The notes under the pieces were generated by a model that worked only from the letters and a program-made list of their open reading frames with translations, searched no databases and was not told the origin of the DNA. A DNA stretch of 62,977 nucleotides, the filler included, from Octopus bimaculoides (taxonomy: Eukaryota), in assembly GCF_001194135.2 (NCBI RefSeq). It is 9 parts of 7 records of this genome, joined end to end, with 100 filler letters (N's around TTAATTAATTAA, not from the genome) between each part and the next. Parts side by side here need not be neighbours in the genome. Positions count along the whole stretch, not along the records: positions 1 to 14,827 come from NC_068982.1; 8 more parts are not named here. The stretch is one strand, 5' to 3'. Of this stretch, positions 1 through 14,927 are shown in pieces. The translations under genes and the position numbers were made by a program. The stretch's first letter is position 1; the number at the start of each line of letters is the position of its first letter.

Positions 1-665
1 GTCGGTTAGGTGTCTGGAATGGGACGGCTTACCTCATGGGCAGGTAGAAGCTCTTTAACCTTGGTTGGTAATCTACCTAGGAGAAGGAAATCTCCGAAAT
101 AAAACCTGAGGCCTTGGAAATTCCTGGTTTTGTCAATTCTCTTGTCACACCGGTGAAAGTCTTCTTGGGCTAATAAGTGGGGGTAGTGCAGTGCAAGCTA
201 CACCCACTAAAAATTATTCATCTGCACAGGTACTTCCTGTACTCCAAATCTTAGTAAAATCATTCAATTGGTTGGTTGGCAGAAACCTAAAAATGCACCT
301 GTAACTTATTTTAAAATGTCTGAAACAAATTCAGTAAATGGCAAAAAAGGCTTGGGAACACATGCATATATAATCTCATCAAACAGTAGCTCTGGCATAT
401 ATTGACAAATGTCGTAAATTCATCTTCATAAGCTGTCATCTTGACAAAATGTTTTTAGTTTTAACTTTACACCACCGCCGCCGCATTTATTCTCTCTTGA
501 TTTATATGTCCGATCTGTTTGTTATTTGTTTGGTTTTTTTTATTATAAACTTTAACAAGCTCCCCCCACCACCCTCAAGACAAAATAAAAACAAAGTATC
601 ACCCCCTAAGCTAAGGTAGAGAAACTACCCTCCCATCTCAATCCCTCCCCAGACTCGTTTTTCTT

Positions 666-825
<160 letters not shown>

Positions 826-838
826 GCTGGAATGAGCT

Positions 839-950
839 GTCGCCATGACAACGACGTTTGTTAGTGTATCTTCATAAAAGCCACACATGAAATCGGATCT
901 AACGCCGACCCAGACTCTAATCGAAGTCGACGGCATTTTGCCATGGAAAC
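839..950. promoter_or_regulatory. Pair of X-box-like motifs
   Basis: GTCGCCATGACAAC (839-852) fits GTHNYYATRRNAAC exactly. TTTGCCATGGAAAC (937-950) has one mismatch. Both sit in a locally CpG-containing stretch. Confidence 0.35.
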
Positions 951-1306
951 GAGTTTTATAATATTTTTATCTTTGTAGCAACCTTTGTGCGATAATTATT
1001 GTTGTTGAAGCTGTAGGGCTGTATCTAATGTCGTTGCTACTATTCTTCTGATCGCTTTATCAGGACTACTAAATATCCTTACTGCTGCAAATAAGGCAAC
1101 TGGATTTACTACTTCCATTACACTGGCAGAGTATTCGGGGGAGTATATTCTCGTGTCTCTATCATCTCAATGTGCAGGAATATCTACGATGTCGCTTGAT
1201 GTGTTGCCAATATCAGCCAAAACTTCCTCAAACAAATCCTGTTGTTTTAAACGAGACAAACATAATTTATATTTGCCATATAAGGTTTGCGCACACACAA
1301 CGACGT

Positions 1307-1351
<45 letters not shown>

Positions 1352-1366
1352 NNNNNNNNNNGACGT

Positions 1367-1407
<41 letters not shown>

Positions 1408-3093
1408 CTCAAACATGCATTCGCATCTGGATATATAGCCATGTGTGTGCGTATGTGTGTATGGATAAATTTATTATTGCTGTTTCTTCGTTGCTTCTGT
1501 TGCCGGTACCCCCTCTATATCATCGTTTCTGCAATCATTGTCGCGGGTGTCTACATCACAAATATCGTTTTTGTTTCTTACTACTGTAGCTATTGTTCAT
1601 GTCGGATTTGATGCTGATGCTGATATTAATGTTGAATTATTGCTTCTGGTAGGGAAATTGATCGTAATAATCGAAACATACTTATTTTCTTCCCTCTCCT
1701 CTATAAGAGGCAATTACATATGCCTGTTATGGGAATCATCTGGCACCGTCTTTCAGTAGCCATGTTGAAATGAATTTCTGCTGCAAAATGAGAAAAAAAT
1801 AAATAACATTTCTTTTCCCAAATGCTAAAGATATATGACAATTAAGCTCTCCTCCTGTGCCATGATATAATAACAATAAAAACGACAGACTAGCGGGCTA
1901 AATATATAAAATGAGATAAATGAAACAGTATATGCAATCTGGTTCTGCTCCAAAGCACATCTATTTTACAGCATTTCTAACATTACAAATAATGATTCCT
2001 AACACAGAATAACACCTCAAATTTGCATCCCCTTTCGCTTTAATCTACGTCTATTTTTTTGCCTCTTCCTGTCTTTCGTTTCTCCTTGATATTTCCTAAT
2101 TACCTGAGTAAATCTCCTGATCTCTGTAAAACGTATGCCTGAACCTATTGCTAGGAATCACCCGACTTTGTGTTGCAGGTGAAAAGAAATGTGTGGTTAC
2201 TCAGTATCCCATCTCAACGAGTTCTAATGTTAATGGTTTTGAGGACAAGATCATTCTCTTTGTCTGTTTCTGCTGTTGCCATTCTTAGAGTATCACCTGC
2301 GGTCAATATTTCTTCAAGTTGCACTTCAGGAGACTGAAGTTGTAGTTGTTGTCTTTAACCTTCTCGTTTCCACTTCCCCACTTGTCATCAGAAGGCACCG
2401 AAGAGGTTCTTAATCCTTCAAAAGAAGCAAGTAAGCATTGTAGTCTGGATCACGAGCTTGACTGACTTTATGTCCATTCCTGAGTAGATTATACTGGGAT
2501 AATATTGTGCTCTTCGGGGTTCATTAGTACTAAGAGATCCAAACAGATCTCACTCCAAAAATCGTCTTTTGGGTCTTCATTGTACTTGCGACTGTAACAG
2601 TTTGCACAAAACTAACACAAGAAGCTTTGGGGGTTTGAATTCAGGTATACAGCATGTGGAATAATTTCTCACTTAATTTCTGGTCTTAAATAGTAAACAC
2701 TTCAATATGATTGCTCCGGTACAGGGAACAAGCAGTCTATTACACATGGTTAGAACTACCAATAACTATTCTTTTGAAGCCTTATGAAAACCTATCCGTT
2801 ATTTGCAACTTAACTGTGTGTTATTTTCTTCCTCACTTAAGGAGGTATTCTCGTTTATGATTAACATCGTTTCCACGGTGCAGACTCATGTCTAGAAAGT
2901 CATTATCAGCAGCAGAAAAAGCACTTGTTAATAATTTTGGTGCTCTCGTTATTTTCTTACACTGCGTCTATCACATTAGTTGGCCTTTTCAAGCGTATGT
3001 GTAAATATTTGGATTTTAAGTTTTATCTATTTGTTTAATAGTCAAAATGTTATTTTTGTATTTGAAACCCTGACCAAGATTTTNNNNNNNNNN

Positions 3094-3126
<33 letters not shown>

Positions 3127-3472
3127 AAGAAGGAAAGGATTAAATGGAAGTAGGTTAAATTTGTTTTATAGATAATATTACTAACAATACGATGACTAAA
3201 CCCTTTTACTGCTGCCAATCAGGTGGCTAGTTTGAACTGCCAATACACAATGCAAATGTCTGCTAAAACAAATGCTAGAGGCGAATTTTCTTTCTATTCA
3301 AGAAATGATGACGAAACCTATAGATCTGAAAATATTTGTCAAACTATACAGAGCGACAATGGGTAGAGAGAAACTTATTTTCATCAGGAAATTCTTGAGA
3401 AAAGCACTGTGTAGACTAGAGCAACGTTAAACGCATGTTTGCTTGAGTATAGAGTGTAACAACAATAATGAA

Positions 3473-3675
3473 AATCCTTTCTAGTATAGGCACAAGGCAT
3501 GAAATTATGAGGAAAATTATAAATCAATTACATCAACCGCGGTGCGTAACTGGTACTTATTTCATCGACTCTGAGTGGATAAAACGCTAAGTCGACCTCA
3601 ATGGGAGTTGATCTCAGAAGATAAAGACGGGCGAAATGCCGCTCAGCATTTTGCCCGGCGTGCTAACCATATCAG
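3473..3675 (-). mobile_element. tRNA-derived SINE, family A
   Basis: Shares the core GTCGAC...CATC...GTCGAT.AAATAAGTACCAGT and the 3' end GGCCTTGTGCCTATAGTAGAAAGGATT with other copies. Confidence 0.75.
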
Positions 3676-3701
3676 CTTATGACCTTAGTAATAATAATAA
3701 T

Positions 3702-3763
<62 letters not shown>

Positions 3764-3764
<1 letters not shown>

Positions 3765-5890
3765 TCAGGATTGCCTTAATCGAAGAATAATACCAGATTG
3801 GATGACTAAATGGAGGGCATTACTCATTATCAAGGATAAGAGAAAGGGTAATACAGCTAGCAACTACAGACCAATCACTTGATGACTAGTAGTGTCGAAG
3901 CTTTTAACAGGAATGCTTTTAGAAAGCATATAAGAGCACCTTGACAACCAGAATTTACTGCAAGAAGAACAGAAAGGGTACAGGAAGCAGGAAAGTAGGA
4001 CGCACGATCTATTATGTATTGACGAAGCAGTTCTAAATGAAGTAAAAAACAGAAAGAAAAATCTAACAATAGCATGGATAAATTATAGGAAAGCCTATAA
4101 CAGGATCTCAAACTTATGGATAAGTGAACGTTTGAGTATATTCAGCATAGTAGACAACATAACAGAATTAATTAGCTTTAGCATGAAGAAATGTAAAGTA
4201 TATCTCTATTTAGGTGACACACACTTAGGGAAAGTTAATACCAAAAGAGGAATTTTCCAGAGAGAAACGTTGTCTCCTTTAATATTTGCCATATGGTTGA
4301 TTCCCTTCAGTGTGGTATCAAGGAAGGAAAAGGCAGGGTATCGATTTCAGAAATAGTAAAGGTAAAATTAACCATTTGATCTACATAGATGATCTGAAAC
4401 TTTTAAGTAAGAATTAAAAACAGATTCTTTAAGACTCTTCAGCAAAGATATAGGCATGGAATTGGGCATAAATAAGTGTGCTATATTAGTCATGAGAAGA
4501 GGACTGGTAGTCAACATCGAAGGCATCCAATTACCAGATGGTAGGACATTAAAATCATTGAAAGGAAGAGAGAGTTATAAGTATCTAGGAGTATTAGAAT
4601 CTGACAGAGTACTAACTATAGAAATGAAAATGAAAATTGACAATGTGTACATCAGAAGGGTGAGAAACCTAATTAAGTCAAAACTAAATGAGCCGAATCT
4701 AGTAAAAGCTGTAAATATTGGGGCAGTATCATTACTTAGATACTCAGTAGCTTTTGTAGATTGGACAAAAAACTGAATTAGCAAAGCTAGACAGAAGAAC
4801 TAGGAAGGAATTCAATATGAATGGAGTACTCCACCCAAGGGTAGCAGTAGCAAAAATATACCTACCTAGAAAGAAAGGTGGAAGAGGGTTAATATCAATA
4901 GAAGATTCCGTGAAGTTAGCTAGAGTAGATATAGACTCCTATGTAGGAAATAGTGAAGAAAGTTAATTAAAAGCTGCTACAGTCGCAGCAAGACATAGGG
5001 AAACCAAAAGACCAAACGAACTTAAATATCACAAAAGAAAAAAGAACAGAAATTGTTTGACTGGCAAAAGAAGACGTTGCATGGTAGAATCCCAAAGATA
5101 GTTTCAGTAAATAGTAGTAGCGAGACATGGTTATGACAGCAGAAAGGAAAGCAGAAGAGGGAGACAGAAAGTTTGTTAGTAGCTGCACAAGATCAAGCAT
5201 TAAGAACTAATTGGATAAAAACCAAAATAAACAAAAACCAAGTAGATTCCCAATGTAAATTATGCAATCAAAAGAGGAAAGCGTTACTCATATAGTAAGT
5301 GAATGTAGCATGGTGGCAGAGAAAGACTAGAAGAAAAGAGATTACAATCTAGGAAGAACAATCCACTGGGAGCTTTGTAGAAAGCTAAGATTTGAACATA
5401 CTGATAAATGGCATGAACATGAACCTAAAGTACTAGAAAGTAAGAAATACAAGATGTTGTGGGACTTTAACATTCACAATGGCAGAGTAATAGAAGCTCG
5501 AAGGCCTGATTTAATAGTAGTAGATAAAGAGAATAGAAAGTGCCAGATAATTGACTTTACAGTCCCAAATGATGAAAAAATTAATATGCGAAGTATAGCA
5601 AAGTATCAGGACCTAGTTATTGAATTATAGAGACTATGGAAAATGCGGGTAGAATGTATGCCAGTAGTTATAGGTGCATTAGAAACTATCCCTAAAGGTT
5701 TGAACAGATGGATAGAGGAAATAGGCATAAAACTGTGTTATTAGGGATAGCTAGAATACTTAGGAGACCTTGGAATCTAAGGTTACTTCCTGTAACCCAA
5801 TAGGAAGGTTCTTAGTATCTAAGGTTACTTGTTGTAGCCCGATATTAGGATTCTTTTATTTTCCGACAGTCTTATCTACTGAGTGCATAT
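3764..5890 (+). mobile_element. 5'-truncated, degenerate R4/Dong-like non-LTR retrotransposon (RT plus restriction-like endonuclease)
   Basis: Fragmented frames give YRPIT, KRGIFQRETLSPLIF, YIDDLKL, YKYLGV and YLPRKKGGRGL. These are followed by a CCHC-like CKLC...HIVSEC and the endonuclease region LWDFNIH...RRPDLIVVD...IIDFTVP...KYQDL...PVVIGAL. There are many stops and frameshifts. AAT repeats flank both ends. Confidence 0.85.
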
Positions 5891-5913
5891 GAATAATAAT
5901 AATATGAATAATA

Positions 5914-6128
5914 ATCCTTTCTACTATAGGCATATGGCCTGAAATTTGGTGGGAGGGGATAAGTCAGTCACATTAACACCAGTGCGGAAATGGTACATTT
6001 TTCATCGACCCCAAAAGGATGAAAAGTAAAGTCGACCTCTGCGGAATTTGAACTCAGAACGTAACGACGGGCGAAATATCGCTAAGCATTTCGTCCAGCG
6101 CGCTAATGGCATCGCCAGTTCGCCGCCT
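5914..6128 (-). mobile_element. tRNA-derived SINE, family A (full length)
   Basis: The reverse complement starts GGCGGCGAACTGGC and has a B-box GAGTTCAAATTCC. It is embedded in AAT/AAC repeats. Confidence 0.85.
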
Positions 6129-7253
<1,125 letters not shown>

Positions 7254-7254
7254 A

Positions 7255-7435
7255 CTGAGGGATTGGAAGGTAGTCGATTACATTGACCCCTAGTATTTGA
7301 CCGGTACTTATTTCATCGAAAATTGAAATGCAAAGTTAAATTCGGGGATTCTTGAACTCAGAACAAAATGACGGACGAAAAGCCGCTAAGTATTTTGTCT
7401 GACGTGCTAACGATATCGATAGCTCGATGCCGTAA
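7255..7435 (-). mobile_element. SINE family A, decayed
   Basis: Colinear similarity to 5914-6128. Confidence 0.7.
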
Positions 7436-7734
7436 ACAGCGAAATTGAATAATGACATCAGCCTTTACTTCATTCACAACTGACTGATGAGAGTAAATTT
7501 TACGTAACAAGTTCTTACGTAACCACTTGAAACGAACGAAGAAAATGCATTCAAGATATCAATAACTGGTTTGTAATAATTTTCTAATTATATTGACTAA
7601 ATTTTTCGATCATCAAACATATTCCTATTTGAATATGATGCAACGCGGGTTTGTATTGGAATGTTAATCTGGAGACTGAATCAAAAATATCTCGTAATGT
7701 GCACTGCATCAAGGCATATATGTATATATATATC

Positions 7735-8038
7735 ATATATATACTATTCTTTTTAATTGCTTCAGTCATTTGATTGCAGCCATGCTGAAGCACTCCAGGA
7801 TTTATTCTTTGTAAGCCTGGTACTTATTCTATCATTGTATTTTGATGAACCGCTTGGTTACGGGGACGTAAACATAACAACATCGGTTGTGAAGCGACGG
7901 TAAGGGACAATGTTTTTAGGAGGTTAACTTTGAAAATTGCATTCCCTCGCTTTCGGTAAATATGTGCTTATTTTCGGTAGTTTTTGACTTATCTAGTCCC
8001 TCTAAGCGTGAGGCATTATCATATAGTAATGCCCTTAT

Positions 8039-8083
<45 letters not shown>

Positions 8084-8230
8084 CAAGATTCTTTAAATTT
8101 CCGTCTATCAAATCCACTCTCAAGGCTTTGGTCGGCCCGAGACTATAACGGTAGACACTTGCCCTAGTGCCACACTGTGGAACTGAACCCGGAACCATGT
8201 GACTGGGAAGCAAGATTCTTACCACACAGA
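7735..8230 (-). mobile_element. SINE family B (3' part 7735-7905, 5' part 8075-8230, central TA repeat)
   Basis: Reverse-complement match to 43524-43895. Confidence 0.75.
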
Positions 8231-8989
8231 ATATAAAACGACTCAAACAAATTTACCATCCAATCTGACAGTTTCCCCAAAATTCAAAACCAAGGGAGAT
8301 AACCACTCAAAAGAGGTCATCCAAGAGTAGCGCTTTTTGATTAATTTTAACTTTACGAGAATCTCGATGAATCCACGAGACTTTGTTTTTAGCCAAAATG
8401 GAGACGAATACCATCCGTCCAAGTGATCAGCTTAAAAAATTAAGATAGTATATTTTTTTCTGAATATGAAACCAATGGTAACCTTAATACACAAATAAAG
8501 AAATTCCATCCACCAATGTGGTGTTGAGCACTCATTCTCATCTTTCGACATCTACGTATATATACATATACATGCACACACACCTACACATATATACATA
8601 TTTTAAATTTACTGTGCCGCGCCTGTGTGAGGCCAGCTTATGTGTATATAATTTGTAGGACGGTGAGATATATCTTGTTCTTTAGGAAACTTGTATACAC
8701 ACACTGACGCAGCGCACACCCCACCCCATACATACACAAGCACACAGATACAAACATTTAACAGTTTTCACTAATTGTCTGACTTTCTCGTTTTTCTTAC
8801 TCGCGCGAAGTAGTAAGGTTTCAACCGCGATACTGTTATCGTCTATAACTAGGTATTAATCTACAATGGATATGAAAATGCTAGCCCTCTAATCTTCATC
8901 CCAGTGAATTAAAATCTTTATTAAGCGCAAGGATATAAACGCATATGTATTTATATTATGTATCATATAGAATAGGGTCATCCACTGAT

Positions 8990-9310
8990 TGGTATAACAA
9001 TGACTCAGTAATACACTCCAGTCTCTTGTTCACAGGAGTGTTTTCTCCTCTCTCCATCTTTTCTAATGTACTGTATTGCCCCTGCACTTTGGAATTGGTT
9101 GTGTCTTTGCCACCTGCACTTAGGCATCTCTGTCTTATTCATCTCTTCTCCTTCGACCACTCCTGTGATGACTACCTCCGAGCTCCCACTCCAATCACTA
9201 TGTCCAATCATTTCTACGTAGAAGTTTGGCTCTCTGGAATTCTCTCCCAGTTCACATTTTTGCTGCAGGTGTTGACTTAGAAAAATTCAAAAGGAATATT
9301 AAAAGCACCG
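8990..9310 (+). mobile_element. 3' fragment of a LINE (CR1/L2/Jockey superfamily) RT ORF
   Basis: CTLELVVSLPP...ALWNSLPVHIFAAGVDLEKFKRNI is the typical WNSLP...FK C-terminal motif. Confidence 0.6.
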
Positions 9311-12304
9311 ATTTCACCAGAATATAAGGGAGTGCAAAATTCATGGGTACTACACTTTCCTCCAGACCTAGCAAATATGCGAATATTTATATAACATGCA
9401 ATATATAAACACGATACTAATATAAATATTGCCCCAAAGAAATGATCTCTGATTGAACTAACTGCACCTGGTGACATTTCATACGTGGCATTTCTTAGGT
9501 GGCATACAAGATATACGATCTTGTACGATCGATTTTTCATTGATATTTGTTACATAACTGCTGCTTCTCTTAGGTTCTTGATATGATTAATTAATATATC
9601 ACACTAATGTAATTATGCAGCTATATTTGCCGTAAAGGTTTGACAAGGGCAGTTAATTATGTAAAGTGAATTCCAATTTTTCTCACGAATCAAAAAGCAG
9701 GCACGGAATTTAAGATCCAGTATACTGCAGGTAATCCGTTGAATTCCCCTGAGATTGTTTCCAATACGTTATTTCACAGATATCTCAAAGAACTTTCATC
9801 TGGGATTCGTCATAGAGACAGCGAGACTTAAGAATTACATCTTACAACTGAATGATATCATGACTCTGTACCGTGCAAGTCAAGTTATTAGATATTCTTT
9901 ATTATTAAAAATAATTAAAACATTGAGAAAACCACCATTTATAGAGATAAACACATAGACGTCTATAAATGTGTGTGTATATANNNNNNNNNNNNNNNNN
10001 NNNNNNNNNNNNNNNNNNNNNNNNNNNNNNNNNNNNNNNNNNNNNNNNNNNNNNNNNNNNNNNNNNNNNNNNNNNNNNNNNNNNNNNNNNNNNNNNNATA
10101 TATATATATATATATATATAAGGTACACAGTAATACTTAAAATGTTGTTTACTAATTGTTATTTGTTTACAGCTTATACATATATTTACAGCTGGAACAT
10201 TGCTCCTCGTTGGAGTGAAGAAAAGAGGTGAAAACATCAGAACACATGAAACTCCATTACATATATGCATCTATACATATATATTTGTGTGTGTATGTGT
10301 GTGATGTGTGCGTACGTGAGTGTGTGTGCGTGCGTGAGCATGTGTGTATGTATGCCTTTACGCACAGTGATGCTTAGGCAGCATTCAACTTTCATCAGCA
10401 AGAGGAAAATTTCATTTTTTCTGTTCCGTTTGTCTAGGGACCCAGAGATCTATGGATTGGCGTATTCATGATAAAAATTCTACTTATTTGAATCGTTGTG
10501 CAGAGCTGCTATGTTTGTCTTCGCGAAAGACTACATATTATTGCAGCTGACTATGTTTCTCACGAAGCTAATTTAACATTCATTTTGTTGACACAACCTC
10601 GACTTTCGACTGGATTGATTTCGAATATACGTTGATAAGATTGCTGCATATGTTTTAACCCACGTATACCAATAATTCATTGCATTTGTTAAGGTGAAAT
10701 CTAAATGTCTCATGCAAAACTCACCAACAGTCCTAATTATAAATCACTAGGTTTTATATTTGTTCAATGAAATTGACTATACATTCATAGACTTAACTGT
10801 TACTTCTATGAAACTAACTGTAACTCTGAAGACAACAAATTTTATCCAGAACAAAGACGTTTACCTCTGCAGATCTTGCCGAAATTGCCGCGAATTTAGT
10901 AACAACCACAATTGGCCGATTTGAATAATAGTTAGTAGCACTTGTACCAAGTAACAGTCAACAACTAGTAACTGTCTATTGCAATTTCATCCAGTAATAG
11001 CGAAAGGAAACTGACAGCTACTGGTTCTGGGCACAAAACATGTAACAAGCGTAAAAATCATCCACTCACAACGTGTCTTATTTAGAAATAATGAAACGTT
11101 ACTCCTACGACTTGACCTCCAAAACGACAAAGACTACTTCTTACTCTCGCGAATTTTTAATAATAATGTCACTCTGAGTCAAATTTTTAATACATGCTAA
11201 CACTGAAAAAGGAATCTGCCCGTCAAAAGGCCAATTCCTACAAGAGAGCTTAATTTCTTGGCATATATATATATATATATATATAAATATATATATATAA
11301 TTTCATCAAGCTAGGCGAAAACAATCTGTCTCCAGCATGCTTGAAGTGCCAATACCGTCAAAAAACTACCAAAAGCTCCAGCTAAAACTATACGCATGGC
11401 TGAAAGCGGGCTAGTGAGAGAAAATTAAAAGACCTCACACTAATTCGTTCCAATTTCTGGATTAAAGCAAAAAACAATTCATTTTCCTTCGTCAACACAA
11501 TACAGAGAGGGAAATATAAATCCAAGTAACTGTACATATCGTCCAAAGTAATATATATTTTTATTTATATGTATGTATATCTGTGTATCTTTATATGTGT
11601 GCATATGATAATTTCATTTGGGTATTAACTCTAGAGTTTACTCAATTAAGTTCACCCACATGTACAATATCGTAACTTGAGATTGCTTATCTAACAAATC
11701 TAAAAATCTACATATATCCGCAGAATTTTTACAATCATTAACAAGAACAATAGAGGGGCCATGTCTGACACCTGTACCAACCTGACCTGTCTGACTTCAG
11801 AGTGATATAACTGCAGACATCTATCCGTCATTTATCAAAATAGTTGATGGAATAAATAAATATGCTTCAGTAACAATAAAAGCATTATTGAAGAACACAG
11901 CTATAAAGTAGAAACAGTTAACAAGCGAATAATTTGTTATATGGCCTGCAAAAATTAAACACAATTTTTCCTGCTTCTTTATTTTTTCTACTCATTTTTA
12001 TTCATCCTTCTTTTTGATCGGCTAATTAAAAGCAGTGGCTTGCTTTGCTTTGCATTGCTTGCAATACGCAAATATAAACATGTAAATATACCCGCCTCAA
12101 ATGACTTTTACACTTAATTCTGATGATTCTAATTCGTTACGTGTCAATAAAATGACACCTGAGAAATCAATACCTGCATGTATTCTTGCATAATTTTGCA
12201 ATTTTCATGAAATAGAAATCAGATGAAACGATTGTAAATTAATGTAATAAAATACATGCACACTCATTTCTTTTTGTTAATAATAATATATATGCGTACG
12301 TGAG

Positions 12305-12336
<32 letters not shown>

Positions 12337-12359
12337 AGAAGGAGAGAGTATGTAGAGTA

Positions 12360-12438
<79 letters not shown>

Positions 12439-12630
12439 ATATATATGTATATATGGAATGGATGATTTGTAAACTATATCCACACCGTTCACGAGTTGTA
12501 TGTTTTAAAATGTTATTAAAGTCCAATATATTATTCGTTGGATGTTACAACTCAAACAGATATAGTGTTGCATAAGTTTCAAAATTGGCTAAACTGAACG
12601 CTCAGGATAAAATATTAAGAAGAATGGAAA

Positions 12631-12755
12631 TCAAACGTTAAAGATTTGAAGGTGCGTAGTACTTCGTTATGCAAACGCAATATACTATAGTTTATAGTAT
12701 AGTATATTGTGTTTGCATAACGAAGTACCACGTACCTACAAATATTTGATGTTTA
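12631..12755. repeat. Long imperfect palindrome (hairpin)
   Basis: ggtgcgtagtacttcgttatgcaaacgcaatatactata pairs with tagtatagtatattgtgtttgcataacgaagtaccacgtacc. Weaker pairing extends to 12631 and 12755. Confidence 0.85.
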
Positions 12756-13574
12756 CATACCAGCCCCAGGAATACGTCTAATATGTAAGTTGGTATATCA
12801 AATAACGTAACACCACTCTATGCGGTGGCTCTATAAGCAATGTGTTCGGAGGCAATAGTGGGTTAGATGAGTGCTGAAGAAGGGGCATCAACTCCCGAAA
12901 TATGGAATATCACTCATTACCCACTTTTGTCTTCGATGTCATTATTTACATCTGACGTCTCGGTACGAAACGTTGTAGCAAAAATCAGCGCTGGCTATAA
13001 GTTCTACAGAATATCTGTAGGAATAACATTAGGAAAACAAACGGTCTGAATGATATTCGGAATAATTCATTTGCCTGCTCCACAGCAGTTTTCTTTACTC
13101 AAGTGAAAACATTGTCATCTATATAATAATTATCTAAGTAACAGAATTAATTTATTTACCGAGGAGAATGTGGCTGGAAGTTGTTTCATAAGGAACGTTT
13201 TAGAATATGACAATCAAATCAGCGCGGATATTACAAATTAAACACGAAAAAAGATTAAAAATTGAATTCTCTAAGAAATAGAGAGAAAGACAGTAAAAAT
13301 ACTGTAATGAAGCGCAACTTTAAGAAAGCTTCAGTGAACACATTAGGGAAACATGTTTAGAGCGAGAACAAAACAAGAAGAAAGAGACAAAGAGAGTTCA
13401 ACTAATCAAAAATTAAATTATAACATGATGGCTCTGCTAGCGTATTTAGTTAAATATTAAGTAGCAAATTATAGCAATTGGCTCAGTTATGATGGTTAAA
13501 GAGACAGTTAGTCACATTGAAATTAACGAATGTATATAGTGCAGATGATATACATACAACCTGAACATAAATGA

Positions 13575-13955
13575 TATGTGTGGTTAAAAGTTTACTTCCA
13601 AACCTCATGGTCTCAGATTCAGTCCCACTGCGTGGAATCTTGGGCATGTAACTTCTACTATAACCGCAGGCCTACCAAACCCTTGTCAGTGGATTTAGCA
13701 GACGGAAACTGAAAGAAGCCCTCTCGTATACATATATATGTGTGTCTGTCTGTCTGTCTATCCGTGTTTGTCCCTCACCCCACCCACCGCTTGACAACCA
13801 GTGCTGGTGTGTTTACGCCTCCGTAACTTAGCGGTTCTGCAAAATATACCGATACAAATGTACTAGACTTAAAAACATTACTAGGGTTGATTCATTTCAC
13901 TGAAATTCTTCAAGGCGGTGCATCATCATAGCCGCAGTCTAATGATTGAAACACA
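13575..13955 (+). mobile_element. SINE family B
   Basis: Colinear with 43524-43895. Confidence 0.8.
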
Positions 13956-14556
13956 TAAAATAATACAAGTATAAAAGATTATACACGCACGCGCGCACAC
14001 GCAAGCTCACACAGATACACACACACACACACATATTTGATTACAGGAGACCTAAGAAAGACAGAAGCTTATCAAAGTGCAGCACACCAAAAATTAGGCC
14101 GAGAAAATTATGCAAAACTGACAGTCAAGTAATCCTTTATCATAGTACAAAATGCGTCGATGAAGGGATGTTCACAGTTGTTAGGTATTCCACGAATCCA
14201 ACAGTATACAAAAATATCTAAACGTAACCAACGAGAAGTAGAACCTTAAGTGTGACATGAGAACCTAATTAAAATTAACTAGTATTGCTCTGTTAAGCGA
14301 CTTTATTGTGACATAAGTATAGAACGAACAGGTATGCAGTATGCAATACATCCATAGAATATGTAATAGGTTTTCGATTCTCACCTCATCAAGCTTGTTT
14401 ATTTAATTGTTTATTTAATGAGCCAAATGTGAGTTACGTAGTATATTACGTAATCATATTGATGATGTGCATAATGCATTCCTGTCTGTATTATGCTTGC
14501 GTCAACGAAACAATTTTAGCAATACCAGATAAGTTAAATCTATTATATATATATAT

Positions 14557-14827
14557 ACTAGCAGTATAACCCGACCTTGTCCGGGTGTGACTTATTATGC
14601 CATCTACGATAAGTCTTGCTAGCTGAAAATGAACTAAAAAAGAAAGCCTTACAACGAAAAAACCCTTATGATGTAAATATGTTCATAATTCAAAAGACGA
14701 TGAAATTAATAGGGAAAGTCTGAAGGCTGTTTTGCGTAAAATTATTAAGCATACGTAAATTTCATCCGTGTAATTGGCTATAGAAATGCTTGTGCAAAAC
14801 AACATTTTGCGCTGCCCTGATTATACA
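14557..14827 (+). mobile_element. Helitron/Helentron-like non-autonomous element, 5' part
   Basis: Starts ACTAGCAGTATAACCCGACCTTGTCCGGG, with a CCCG...CGGG stem-loop. The same start recurs at 30756. Confidence 0.4.
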
Positions 14828-14871
14828 NNNNNNNNNNNNNNNNNNNNNNNNNNNNNNNNNNNNNNNNNNNN

Positions 14872-14883
14872 TTAATTAATTAA
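14872..14883. other. Scaffolding spacer TTAATTAATTAA inside an N gap (also near 16673, 23163, 28791, 38484, 42248, 56680, 61154)
   Basis: The identical 12-mer, which puts stops in all six frames, is centred in eight gaps of similar size. This is an assembly artefact. Confidence 0.9.
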
Positions 14884-14927
14884 NNNNNNNNNNNNNNNNN
14901 NNNNNNNNNNNNNNNNNNNNNNNNNNN

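Noticed and set aside
1-240. Segment resembling an RTE-type 5'UTR (ctaggagaaggaaa...)
   Set aside because: It is truncated by the window edge, has no linked ORF, and the resemblance is too weak to call.
1301-1410. Duplicated gacgtgtac(ac)n around a 10-N gap
   Set aside because: A typical unmerged contig overlap.
2050-2620. Minus-strand frame with FWSEI...HN, resembling an R4-type pre-RT region
   Set aside because: It has several stops and the motif order is inconsistent, so it cannot be classified.
14872-14883. Recurrent TTAATTAATTAA motif seen eight times, superficially like a regular repeat or CRISPR-type array
   Set aside because: It is always centred in N gaps, so it is a scaffolder-inserted spacer.
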